64,000 bases of DNA, taken from assembly GCA_965248695.1 (NCBI GenBank), contig CBDFKD010000002.1:768001-832000 (forward strand), given 5' to 3'. Below, one piece after another: positions 29,318-38,436 of this stretch. Under the pieces are notes generated by a model. The model was not told the DNA's origin. It ran no database searches and saw only the letters and a list, made by a program, of their open reading frames with translations. The position numbers were made by a program, and so were the translations under genes. Positions within the stretch are counted from its first letter, which is position 1, and every line of letters begins with the position of its first letter. Source of the DNA: Acidobacteriota bacterium (GTDB taxonomy: Bacteria; Acidobacteriota; UBA890; WLXD01).

Positions 29318-32010
29318 GCCGCTCGCTCATCGAGCGATACGAGCCGCGCTCGAACGGTGTCAATCTCGGCGACCAAGAGCGCTAGCTTGGCGTCTGCCGC
29401 ATTGAGGTCGTTTGCTAGCGCCATCGACTCAAGCGCAGCGCAAATCGCCGCCACATGCGTGGCGCCGATGTTGGCGCTACTGGACTTGAGCGAGTGGGCG
29501 GCCTCTGCCAGACCGGCAGCATTCCGACTAGTTGTGGCCGCTTGTATGGCCGCCATCGTTGTTACGGACGTCGACAGGTAGGCATCTGAGACGCGTTGCA
29601 GCAGGGAGGGCTGGCCGTCGCGCTGCAGGGCGCGGATCTCAGCGAGCACGCTCTCGTCGAGACACGCGGTGCCATCGGCTTCCGGGGGCTGGACCGCCGC
29701 AGTTGCATCGCCGTCTCGACCGTAGTGATCCGCCGACTGCACGTCGGTCAGCGGGCTGGCGGTCGCGTTCATCAGGCGGTGCCGCAGCTCTTTCTGATCG
29801 TACGGTTTGGTGAGGTAGTCATCCATACCTGCCGCGAGGCTCTTCTCCCGATCCCCAGGCATCGCATTGGCTGTCAAGGCGATAATCGGGACATGACCGC
29901 CATTACCGGATTCCAGACTCCGGATACGACGCGTGGCCTCGTAGCCGTCGACGAGCGGCATCTGGCAATCCATCAAGACGACATCGAAATCCCGAAGCCC
30001 GAAGGCGGTCAGAGCCTCTTCGCCGTTGCCGGCAACTTCGACCTGGCATCCGAGGTTTGTGAGCATCCCTTCGCAGATCTCCTGGTTCACCAGATTGTCC
30101 TCCACCAGGAGGACCCTCAAACTCAGATCTGCGGTGGGCTCTTGCCGGGTCTCGTTCGACCGAGCCGGAGCGGCCTCCGTGGCCATTGTCTTCAGCAGGA
30201 CGTTGAACAACCGCGACTGGCGAATCGGCTTGGCGAGGCACCGCTTGATGCCTAGTTTCGTCGCGGTCGCGTGGTCGAAGCCGGCGCCTTGCGAGGTGAG
30301 CATGACGAGAGTTGCCCCGGCAATCGATGGATCGGTGTTGATGTACTTGGTCAGTTCGAGGCCGTCCATCTCGGGCATGTTCATGTCGAGCAAGACGAGA
30401 TCGAACCGATCGCCCACGCCCGCGGCGTTGCGCAGCTTCTCGAGCGCCTTGAACCCATCCTGCGCCGATTCGCGGCGCATCCTCCAGGCGTCGGTCTGGT
30501 GTTCGAGAATCCGAAGGTTGGTCTCGTTGTCGTCCACCAGCAGGACGTGGATGCCATTGAGTCCGCCCTCGTCAGGGTGGGCCGATAACGAGGTCATTTG
30601 GACTCCGACGGTGAACCAGAAGGTGGTGCCTTCGCCTTCGGTACTGTCGAGACCGATCTCGCCGCCCATCGCCCGGCTGAGCTCTTGAGCGATCGCCAGA
30701 CCCAGGCCGGTGCCGCCAAAGCGGCGGCTCGTGGAGCTGTCGGCCTGTGCGAAGGCGTCGAAGATATGCTCCTGCACGTCCGCCGGGATGCCGATTCCTG
30801 TGTCGCGCACCTGGACGAGCACTGTCGCTCGGTCGCCGGTCATGTCGCAGGTGGTGACCGTTACGACGATCTCCCCGTTGTCCGTGAACTTGATGGCGTT
30901 GCTGACGAGGTTGGCCAGCACCTGGCGTAGCCGTCCGGGGTCGCCGATGGCGAGCCGAGGGGTGTCCTCGGCAAGGTGGCAGACGAGCTCGATGTCCTTC
31001 TCGTGAGCCCCGGTGGCGAACAGGCCGACCGCGTCTTCGATCGTCTCCCAAAAGTCGAACTCGACCTCTTCCATCACTAGCTTGCCGGCTTCGATCTTGG
31101 AGAAATCGAGGATGTCGTTGATGATGTCGAGCAGTGCTTCGCCCGACCGCCGTATGGTGCGCGCGAAGTCAATCTGCTTCTCGGTCATCTCGCTGTGCAG
31201 CAGCAGGTCGGTCATACCCAGCACTCCGTTCATCGGAGTGCGGATCTCATGGCTCATCGTGGCCAGGAAGTCGGACTTGGCTGCATTCGCCTGCTCGGCG
31301 AGCTTCTTTGCCGCGGTGATCTCTTCGTCCCGGCGCCGGATCTCCACAAGCATGTTGTTGAAGGCAGCCACCAGCGAGCCGATCTCGTCGCCGCCAAGTT
31401 GCTCGACGTTGACGTCGTAGTTCTTGTCGCGGGCGACGATAACTGCCGCCTCCGTGAGCTCGAGAATCGGCTCGGAGATCACCCGCTGGAGACGACTGGC
31501 AATCCCAATGGAGCCCAACATGGCGCCCAATGCAATTGCCGCGTAGCGCAAGAGCCTCCGGGAGCGTTCCGACATGTCGGCTTCCAGTGCGACGGTGCCG
31601 ACGCGTTCACCTTCCAGGATGATTGGCTGCATCACCAGCACACGTCCGCCACTGATCGAGTGCGATGCCTCGTCGGTGAGGATTGAGGGTGCCTCTTGAT
31701 CGGTGCCGGCGCCGAAGCGCGCGAACGACGCGCCTTCGCCATCGAAAATCTCGGCGCCGAGGATCGATCCCTCGGCGCCAAGCGCCGAAAGCGTAGCGCG
31801 CGCGTCGTCAGAGTCACCGAAGACAACGGCGCCGCGACTGTTGTCAGCGACAACGGTGGCCAGCATCTGCAGCTCGCGCGTGCGCGTCTCGATGAAGGTG
31901 GCCAGATCGTAGGCGGCGAAGGCGCCGCACACGAGCATGGCCGATAGGCCCGCAATCGATGCGATCAGCGTTAGCTTGTGCTGGATCGAGAGGTTCCGAA
32001 AACAGCTCAT
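29314..32010 (-). CDS. Hybrid sensor histidine kinase (CHASE8-like/HAMP-HisKA-HATPase-REC-REC-Hpt)
   Basis: YfiN-like periplasmic segment (AVVFGDSDDARATLSAL), MSHEIRTPMNG, NAIKFT, DTGIG, GGTGLGL, two REC domains, AHSLKSSSANIGA. Confidence 0.95.
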   Translation of the reverse strand: MSCFRNLSIQHKLTLIASIAGLSAMLVCGAFAAYDLATFIETRTRELQMLATVVADNSRGAVVFGDSDDARATLSALGAEGSILGAEIFDGEGASFARFGAGTDQEAPSILTDEASHSISGGRVLVMQPIILEGERVGTVALEADMSERSRRLLRYAAIALGAMLGSIGIASRLQRVISEPILELTEAAVIVARDKNYDVNVEQLGGDEIGSLVAAFNNMLVEIRRRDEEITAAKKLAEQANAAKSDFLATMSHEIRTPMNGVLGMTDLLLHSEMTEKQIDFARTIRRSGEALLDIINDILDFSKIEAGKLVMEEVEFDFWETIEDAVGLFATGAHEKDIELVCHLAEDTPRLAIGDPGRLRQVLANLVSNAIKFTDNGEIVVTVTTCDMTGDRATVLVQVRDTGIGIPADVQEHIFDAFAQADSSTSRRFGGTGLGLAIAQELSRAMGGEIGLDSTEGEGTTFWFTVGVQMTSLSAHPDEGGLNGIHVLLVDDNETNLRILEHQTDAWRMRRESAQDGFKALEKLRNAAGVGDRFDLVLLDMNMPEMDGLELTKYINTDPSIAGATLVMLTSQGAGFDHATATKLGIKRCLAKPIRQSRLFNVLLKTMATEAAPARSNETRQEPTADLSLRVLLVEDNLVNQEICEGMLTNLGCQVEVAGNGEEALTAFGLRDFDVVLMDCQMPLVDGYEATRRIRSLESGNGGHVPIIALTANAMPGDREKSLAAGMDDYLTKPYDQKELRHRLMNATASPLTDVQSADHYGRDGDATAAVQPPEADGTACLDESVLAEIRALQRDGQPSLLQRVSDAYLSTSVTTMAAIQAATTSRNAAGLAEAAHSLKSSSANIGATHVAAICAALESMALANDLNAADAKLALLVAEIDTVRARLVSLDERAA

Positions 32011-32028
32011 CGCGTTGCCAGGCCGGCT

Positions 32029-32571
32029 TCAGTTGCCGATCGTGTCTGCGACGCTGAGAAGCTGCGAACGGAACACGAGGCCCGCCTCTTCGCCGGTTCG
32101 CCGGTTGATCTGCAAGCGGACCTTGTTCTTCCTGACGTATAGGCGCACGATGCCGCCGTCGACGGCGAACCCATCGAACTCGGCTACGGTCAGCACGCCA
32201 GCGTCGGGGATCGACCCGAGCACGCTGCTCAGCTCGTCCTGACGAGATCGTCCGATGAACAGGATGTTGGCGTCTTGCAGCGCCGATAGCTCGGCTGACT
32301 GCTGCACGCGGATGGTCCGCCCTCCCGCCCGTTTGCCGTCGTACGGAGCGATAGCGTCGCCGAAATCCTTGTCGCTCAGCACGCCTACGATCAAGTTGCC
32401 GTCGTTTGGTCCGAATCCCCCAGCCGGCCACTCGACGAATTTGGCAATGTTGTAGAGGAAGGCAGCCTTGATACGAAGCTCGCGCTCAGGCGTATCGTCC
32501 GCGGTCACCGTCCCGGCGGTCACCAGCAGCGCCGCCGTCAGGAGCGTGACTCCTACGATTCGCTGTTTCAT
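32029..32571 (-). CDS. yfiR: YfiR-family periplasmic regulator
   Basis: Signal peptide; IKAAFLYNIAKFVEWP, VLTVAE, VRLQINR..AGL..SQLL. Start trimmed to MKQRIV. Confidence 0.9.
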   Translation of the reverse strand: MKQRIVGVTLLTAALLVTAGTVTADDTPERELRIKAAFLYNIAKFVEWPAGGFGPNDGNLIVGVLSDKDFGDAIAPYDGKRAGGRTIRVQQSAELSALQDANILFIGRSRQDELSSVLGSIPDAGVLTVAEFDGFAVDGGIVRLYVRKNKVRLQINRRTGEEAGLVFRSQLLSVADTIGN

Positions 32572-32582
32572 GGTGAGCCTCA

Positions 32583-33659
32583 CTAGAACGTCCAGCTCCA
32601 GGCGGCCTTCAAGTTGAAGTCCGTCTCGAGCTGAGGACCGCGGAGGTTCTGATAGACGGGAAAGCCCAAGCGCACGCCGAGCCGGTTGCCGTCGAGCCTG
32701 CCGGTGGTGGAGAACATGTGCAGGCCTAGGGCCACTTCGATGCGCTCGCCAGCGCGCAGCAGCGGGTTGGCGGTGGGCACCATGCGCGGGTTCAGCATTG
32801 CATCGGCACCGTCGATGTTCCCCCAGAAGAAACCATCGATCTGCAGAGCCGGTCCGAGTGAGTCGAGCCAGCGCCAGGCAAATCGCGCACTGGTGTGCAG
32901 CTCGTTGCCGAGGCGATAGCCGTTGTCGTTCTGACCGAGTCGAACGGTGCCTTTGGCCTCGGCCGCCCAAGCGAACCTATCGCTCTCACCTAGGTACGTG
33001 ATCCCGGGTCGTAGGTCGAACGTCCCGGATCCGAGTTGCATCGGATACGGCAGGCGCATGTTGGTGCCCGCTGGCGTATCGCCGCGGACATCGATCGACC
33101 CCGTCGGCACGCGAACGCCGCCGTGCACCAAGAGCCATTGCTTGTCCCGGTTGACGTCACCCATGGCTCGGTAAATGCCGCCGACTTCGATGTCGCCCAG
33201 GCCCTCAGCGCGCGTCGCGAAGCGCATGCCCATTCGGGTCACGTGGTTCATCGAAGTCACGCGGTACGGCACCATGACGAGGAGCGTAAGGTCGTTGGAG
33301 GGCGCGTACATCAGGTGGCCCATGTGCATTCCCATCTGCATGTCGGTCGGCGTCACCATGAAGCCTTGCAGCACCTCGGAGGGCGCCAGGCGGGCTCGCC
33401 CGGAGCGGTTGTCCTCCATGCGCATGGTCATGTAGCTGTAGCCGATCATCACCTCCCCAGCGAGATGGGTATGTGTGCCGAGAACGTTGACCTGCAAGAC
33501 ATCGAGGCTGAGCAGCTGGCTGAGCGTCAGGGCGCTGAATCCGCCCGCCGAAGTCTGCCCCTGATCGAGTCCTTCCTCCGGGTTCGGACTCTGAGCGGCG
33601 GCTTCCGCCGGCGCGAGCAGCAATGCAGCCAGCATTGCAACTGCGAGTACGTTGCGCAT
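32583..33659 (-). CDS. Met/His-rich outer-membrane beta-barrel ('transporter', MetA-pathway-like)
   Basis: Signal peptide; HTHLAGEVMIGYSYMTMRM, MVTPTDMQMGMHM..MYAPS, GLGDI, LPYPMQLGSGTFD, GPQLETD; C-terminal WSWTF. Confidence 0.8.
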   Translation of the reverse strand: MRNVLAVAMLAALLLAPAEAAAQSPNPEEGLDQGQTSAGGFSALTLSQLLSLDVLQVNVLGTHTHLAGEVMIGYSYMTMRMEDNRSGRARLAPSEVLQGFMVTPTDMQMGMHMGHLMYAPSNDLTLLVMVPYRVTSMNHVTRMGMRFATRAEGLGDIEVGGIYRAMGDVNRDKQWLLVHGGVRVPTGSIDVRGDTPAGTNMRLPYPMQLGSGTFDLRPGITYLGESDRFAWAAEAKGTVRLGQNDNGYRLGNELHTSARFAWRWLDSLGPALQIDGFFWGNIDGADAMLNPRMVPTANPLLRAGERIEVALGLHMFSTTGRLDGNRLGVRLGFPVYQNLRGPQLETDFNLKAAWSWTF

Positions 33660-33751
33660 TGTGGGCTCTCTCCTACCGTTACGCTGCCGTCGCACCGAGA
33701 GTGCGCGTGCGGCGTTGTGCGCGGAACTTTCGGTTGAGATCAATGGTAGGA

Positions 33752-33852
33752 GATCTTAAAAGTCACTGAAAAGCAGAAAAACACTGTAAACAATATTATT
33801 CGCTATAAATAAATAGTAAATATACTGAAATGTCCCTAAATGATTGATCATG
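33752..33852. promoter_or_regulatory. AT-rich regulatory region upstream of the barrel-yfiR-kinase operon
   Basis: About 100 bp of strongly AT-rich non-coding sequence in a GC-rich window. Confidence 0.6.
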
Positions 33853-33980
33853 GACACGTATGACCATCGAATCCGTCACGCTACTCCTCGTCCGAGGGTG
33901 GTCAGCGGGCACCACCTCCGCCCTGATCGGCGTGCCGGCCTGCCGTGAGGCAGCCGCGGAGGTTCACCGCCAGCGTTTGA

Positions 33981-34472
33981 TCACGGCCGCCTTCGAGATT
34001 CTCTCGGCGCTTGCGCGCCCAGCGTCGGCAGGAGCAGCAAGGTGATTACGATGAGGTTGGTGAGCGTGCCGAACGGAACGCACCAGAGGCCCAGACCGGC
34101 CATTGCCAGGACAAGCCACCTCGCCGCTGCGACGCCGAGGAGCAAGGCCGCCATCGACCCCATGTATGCAAGGCCGTAGATGATGAAGATGCTCTTCATC
34201 AGCGTCGAGCGCGGCGGAATGCCGACCGCATCGACGATCCCTGCCCAGGGACCGAGCGATCCTGCGAACTGACCCGTTGCCGGTGTGACGTAATCGCCGA
34301 AGATCAGCGCTCTGGCACCTTCGAACGCCATCCAACCTCCGCTCAGAACGACGAGGCCGGCGGCAATCCACGCGCTCCAGTGCAGACGGTTGTCGAACCG
34401 CGCGATTCCGAGGCGGTGCATCGCGGCCGTGACCAGCACCAGGGCTCCGACGATGACCCAGTACCACAGCAC
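33981..34472 (-). CDS. Hypothetical membrane protein
   Basis: Several TM segments; GWMAFEG.RAL..GDYVTP..G..AG.LGPW. Confidence 0.7.
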   Translation of the reverse strand: MLWYWVIVGALVLVTAAMHRLGIARFDNRLHWSAWIAAGLVVLSGGWMAFEGARALIFGDYVTPATGQFAGSLGPWAGIVDAVGIPPRSTLMKSIFIIYGLAYMGSMAALLLGVAAARWLVLAMAGLGLWCVPFGTLTNLIVITLLLLPTLGAQAPRESRRRP

Positions 34473-34475
34473 CGC

Positions 34476-34946
34476 TCAGCCGTCTGCCTTCTCACGGTTC
34501 TGGAGGCGTTCCTGCATGCCCATGAGGCGATAGCTTGTCCGTAGCCACGCTTGCAACTCCTCATCGAGCTGGTCGACCTCGGTGATGCGCAGATGGTGGG
34601 CCCACCAACCAGGAACGGCCTCCTCGACCTTGGTGAAGCGCGGCGAATCCAGCGGTCGCGGCAGACTGAAATTGCACGTCATGCCGCGCTCCGAGAGGCT
34701 GGTGATGCCGGCAAAACGCACCCGGCCCATGAATGCGATGCGGGTCTTGGCCGGTGCGACGTCATACGCACCGCACGCTGAGATCATCTGCTCGAAGCGT
34801 CGATAAAGCTTGCGCGCCTCGGGTCCCATACGCGCCTTCCAACCGGCCAGCGTGGCTTGCCCACAGGAGTGCCACTGATTCCTGGTGACGAACTTTGCGC
34901 CGCATTCGGGACACGTCCACAGGGGTCGGTGGCGGTTGGCGATCAT
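34476..34946 (-). CDS. DUF5655-like protein with N-terminal Cys motif
   Basis: WTCPECGAKF...HSC, KTRIAF, DEELQAWLRTSY. Confidence 0.7.
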   Translation of the reverse strand: MIANRHRPLWTCPECGAKFVTRNQWHSCGQATLAGWKARMGPEARKLYRRFEQMISACGAYDVAPAKTRIAFMGRVRFAGITSLSERGMTCNFSLPRPLDSPRFTKVEEAVPGWWAHHLRITEVDQLDEELQAWLRTSYRLMGMQERLQNREKADG

Positions 34947-35002
34947 CGATCACCGCTTGCGATCGGGCTACGAGATAGCGAGTCCATCCGGACAAGCCTA
35001 GC

Positions 35003-35096
35003 TCAGTCTCGCAGCGCTCTCACCGGGTCGATCCGCACCGCCCGTCGCGTCGGAACCAGCGACGCCAGGAACGACATGGCCAGCAGCAGGGGGGCC
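35003..35096 (-). pseudogene. C-terminal remnant of a MacB/ADOP-type permease
   Basis: Translates as PLLLAMSFLASLVPTRRAVRIDPVRALRD*, matching the permease C-terminal signature (cf. LLASYVPALRALAVDPVVSLRSD at 17278). Confidence 0.7.
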
Positions 35097-35128
35097 TCGT
35101 GGCAAGCGTTTGAGGCGTGTCTCGGGCG

Positions 35129-36514
35129 CTACGCCAACGGTTTCAGGTTCTGGAGCACCGTCGGGAGCAGCTCTGCCACGGTTGGATGAATATGGACCGC
35201 CCGCGAGACAACCGTGTAGGGGGACTTGGCGTACATCACCGCCAGCAGCGTATGGACGACCTCGTCGCCGCCGATTCCGAGGATCGCGGCGCCGAGGATT
35301 TCTTCGCTGTCCGCGTCGACCAGGATCTTGATGAACCCATCCGTCTCGCTGCGTTCCCGCGCACGCCCGACGTCCTTCATCAGTCGTTTGCCCACCAGCA
35401 CGCGACGTCCGGATGCGCGCGCCTCGACCTCGGTCATTCCGATGCGTCCCAGGGGCGGATCGATGAAGAGCCCGTAACAGAGAATTCGGTCGCTGATACG
35501 CCGTGTGTCACCGTCGAACAGGTTGGCGGCGACGATCTCGAAGTCGTTGTAGGACGTGTGGGTGAACGCTCCATGGCCATTGCAGTCACCGAGGGCCCAG
35601 ATGCCGGGTGCGTTGGTGCGCAGCTCATCATCCACGGTGATGAACCCACGCCCGTCGACCTCGACACCGGCGGCGTCCAGACCCAGGTCGCCGGTGTTGG
35701 GTACGCGTCCGATCGCCAGCAGCAGATGCGAGCCGATCACTTCAGGGGCCCCCTCATCGCAGGAGACACGTACCGCAACGCAGTCTCCGTGTTTCTCGAA
35801 GCTGATGCACTCGGCGCTCAGACGCACATCGACGCCTTCGCTCTCGAGGATCTCCCGCACTGCGTCGGATACGTCCTCGTCATCACGCTTGATGAGCCTG
35901 TTGCCGCGCTCGACGAGCGTCACTCGGCTGCCGAAACGTCGGAACATCTGCCCGAACTCGAGGCCGATGTAGCTGCCTCCGATGATGATGAGATGCTCCG
36001 GTAGGTGGTCCAACTCCATGATGCTGGAGTTGTTCAGGTAGTCGATCTCGTCGAGCCCGGGCATTTGCGGCGCCAGCGCGCGGGCGCCGACATTGAGGAA
36101 GATTCGTTCGGCGCGCAGTTGCTGGCCGTCGACGCTGACCGTGTCGGAGGCCAGGAAGCTCGCGTGTCCACGATACAGGGTCACGTTGTCCATGCCCTCG
36201 ATCCAGCGTGTCAGGTTCTCGTTGGATTGCCCCGAGATCGACTTCATGCGCTCGTGGACGCGTTTCATGTCGACCTGGAAGTTCTGGTCAACCATGACGC
36301 CGAACTCCGGGCCGCGACGCGCCATGTGGGCGGCCCGCGCGCTCGCGACCAGGGCCTTGGTCGGCACGCAGCCGACGTTCACGCAGGTGCCGCCGATCCT
36401 GTCGCGCTCGACCACGGCAACCCGGTGACCTTCTTGACTCAGCCGATTGGCGAGCGACGGGCCGGCCTGGCCCGTGCCGATGACGATGCTGTCGTACTCG
36501 AGCGCCATCTTCAT
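35129..36514 (-). CDS. Pyridine nucleotide-disulfide oxidoreductase (MerA/RclA-like)
   Basis: GTGQAG, GGTCVNVGCVPTK, GGSYIGLE, GDCNG, HIHPTVAE; no C-terminal Cys-Cys. Confidence 0.9.
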   Translation of the reverse strand: MKMALEYDSIVIGTGQAGPSLANRLSQEGHRVAVVERDRIGGTCVNVGCVPTKALVASARAAHMARRGPEFGVMVDQNFQVDMKRVHERMKSISGQSNENLTRWIEGMDNVTLYRGHASFLASDTVSVDGQQLRAERIFLNVGARALAPQMPGLDEIDYLNNSSIMELDHLPEHLIIIGGSYIGLEFGQMFRRFGSRVTLVERGNRLIKRDDEDVSDAVREILESEGVDVRLSAECISFEKHGDCVAVRVSCDEGAPEVIGSHLLLAIGRVPNTGDLGLDAAGVEVDGRGFITVDDELRTNAPGIWALGDCNGHGAFTHTSYNDFEIVAANLFDGDTRRISDRILCYGLFIDPPLGRIGMTEVEARASGRRVLVGKRLMKDVGRARERSETDGFIKILVDADSEEILGAAILGIGGDEVVHTLLAVMYAKSPYTVVSRAVHIHPTVAELLPTVLQNLKPLA

Positions 36515-36580
36515 GGCTCCGGTGAGCGCGCCGAGGTCGGTTTGCCGAGCGCTATAGCCGGCAATCCTCGGGGCGGAGGG

Positions 36581-38215
36581 TCATATCCGGCAGACGAGCT
36601 CGCCGAGCCTCTCGGTGAGCTTCATGTTCTCGGAGTAGTCCACCGGACAGTCGATGATCGACACCGTGGTTGATGCGATCGCCGCCTCGAGCGTCGGTCG
36701 CAGGTCGGCGACCTGCTCAACCCGGTAGCCGGTGGCCCCGAAGCTCTCGGCGTACTTGACGAAATCCGGGTTGGTGAACCCGATGTGGCTCGGCCGCCCG
36801 AAGTGTCGCATCTGGTGCCAGCGGATCAATCCGTATTCGGAATCGTTCCAGATCAACACGACGATGGGCACTCCGAGTCGAACGGCCGTCTCGATCTCCT
36901 GGGAGTTCATCAGGAAGCCAGCGTCGCCGGTGACCGCCACGGCGGCGCGATCCGGATGCGCCAGCTTGGCGGCGATGGCGCCCGGGACGGCGATGCCCAT
37001 CGAGGCGAAGCCGTTGGAGATGATGCAGGTGTTCGGGCGCTCGGCCTGGTACATGCGCGCCATCCACATCTTGTGAGCTCCTACATCACTGATCACGATG
37101 TCTTCGGCCGCTAGCGCCTGACGTAGGTCCCAGATGATCTTCTGTGGCTTCACCGGGAAGGCGGAGCTGTCCTGATGTTCTTCCATCTCCGCCACGATGG
37201 TCTGTCGCAGAGTGGAGTCGGCAGCCGAATCGGTCGGTGAAGTGACCTCCCCGATGGCGTCCAGTGACGCGCCGATATCTCCCAAGATGCCGGCCTCGAC
37301 GATGTAGTGCTCATCGACCTCTGCCGGCTCGGAGTCGATGTGGACGATCTGCTTGTCGCCCCCCGAGTTCCACAGGTAGGGATGATACTCAACGATGTCG
37401 TAGCCAACGCAGATCACTACATCGGCTCGATCGATGCCGCAGGAGATCAGGTCGCGTGCCTGCAGCCCGACGCTGCCGAGTGACAGCTCGTGCGAGAAGG
37501 GAATCGATCCCTTGGCCATGAACGTGGTTGCCACCGGGATGCGCAGGCGCTCGGCGAAACTCACAAGGGCTTCAGACGCGCCGGCCCGCACGACGCCGTT
37601 GCCGGCCAGGATGATCGGTGCCTGGGCGTTCGAGATCAGACGTCCCGCCTGCTCGACCTTTGCCGGTGGGGGAGCGGGTGGCGTGGCCTGTTGAACCTTG
37701 AGCGGCGACTTGGCATCGAGCTCCGCGCCGGCCACGTTCTCGGGCAGGGCGAGGAAGCTGGCACCTGGTTTTTCGGCCTCGGCGACCTTGAACGCTTTAC
37801 GCACGACCTCGGGGATGATCTCGGGGGCGCGGATCTCTGTGCTGTATTTCGAGATCGGCTCGAAGAGGTTCACCAGATCGAGGATCTGATGGCTCTCCTT
37901 GTGCATTCGCGTGGTAGCCCCCTGCCCGGCAATGGCGACCAGCGGAGCGCGGTCCATGTTGGCGTCGGCAACGCCGGTGACCAGGTTGGTCGCGCCGGGT
38001 CCGAGGGTTGCCAGACACACTCCCGCTCGGCCTGTGAGGCGGCCGTATACGTCCGCCATGAAAGCCGCACCCTGCTCATGGCGCGTGACCACGAACTGGA
38101 TGGAACTGTCGAGCAGCGCGTCCATGACGTCGATGTTTTCTTCGCCCGGGATGCCGAAGAGGTACTCGACCCCCTCGTTCTCCAGACACTGCACGAACAG
38201 TTCCGCAGCTTTCAT
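36581..38215 (-). CDS. Acetolactate synthase large subunit-like TPP enzyme
   Basis: FGIPGEEN, RHEQGAAFMA, TLGPGATN, GDAGFLMN...WND. Confidence 0.93.
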   Translation of the reverse strand: MKAAELFVQCLENEGVEYLFGIPGEENIDVMDALLDSSIQFVVTRHEQGAAFMADVYGRLTGRAGVCLATLGPGATNLVTGVADANMDRAPLVAIAGQGATTRMHKESHQILDLVNLFEPISKYSTEIRAPEIIPEVVRKAFKVAEAEKPGASFLALPENVAGAELDAKSPLKVQQATPPAPPPAKVEQAGRLISNAQAPIILAGNGVVRAGASEALVSFAERLRIPVATTFMAKGSIPFSHELSLGSVGLQARDLISCGIDRADVVICVGYDIVEYHPYLWNSGGDKQIVHIDSEPAEVDEHYIVEAGILGDIGASLDAIGEVTSPTDSAADSTLRQTIVAEMEEHQDSSAFPVKPQKIIWDLRQALAAEDIVISDVGAHKMWMARMYQAERPNTCIISNGFASMGIAVPGAIAAKLAHPDRAAVAVTGDAGFLMNSQEIETAVRLGVPIVVLIWNDSEYGLIRWHQMRHFGRPSHIGFTNPDFVKYAESFGATGYRVEQVADLRPTLEAAIASTTVSIIDCPVDYSENMKLTERLGELVCRI

Positions 38216-38436
38216 TGCTGGCTCCCCTGAGGCCGTCTTCTAGGGTTGGGGGGAGATCCAGCATAGTCGACGCGTCGCAGCGATTGCCGTCAGTGCCTCC
38301 CGATCGGCGTTTCGCTACGCTCATCGAGTGCACCTCCCTAGGTCATAACCCGACGGCACCTCAGGCCGCGCAATGGGCATCGTTACCAAGTCACGTCGGT
38401 ACCGCAAGGCAGCCGAAGGATCGGCGCGCGACGCCA

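Noticed and set aside
35129-36514. Mercuric reductase merA
   Set aside because: Lacks the C-terminal Cys-Cys pair and NmerA domain; no mer operon genes nearby.
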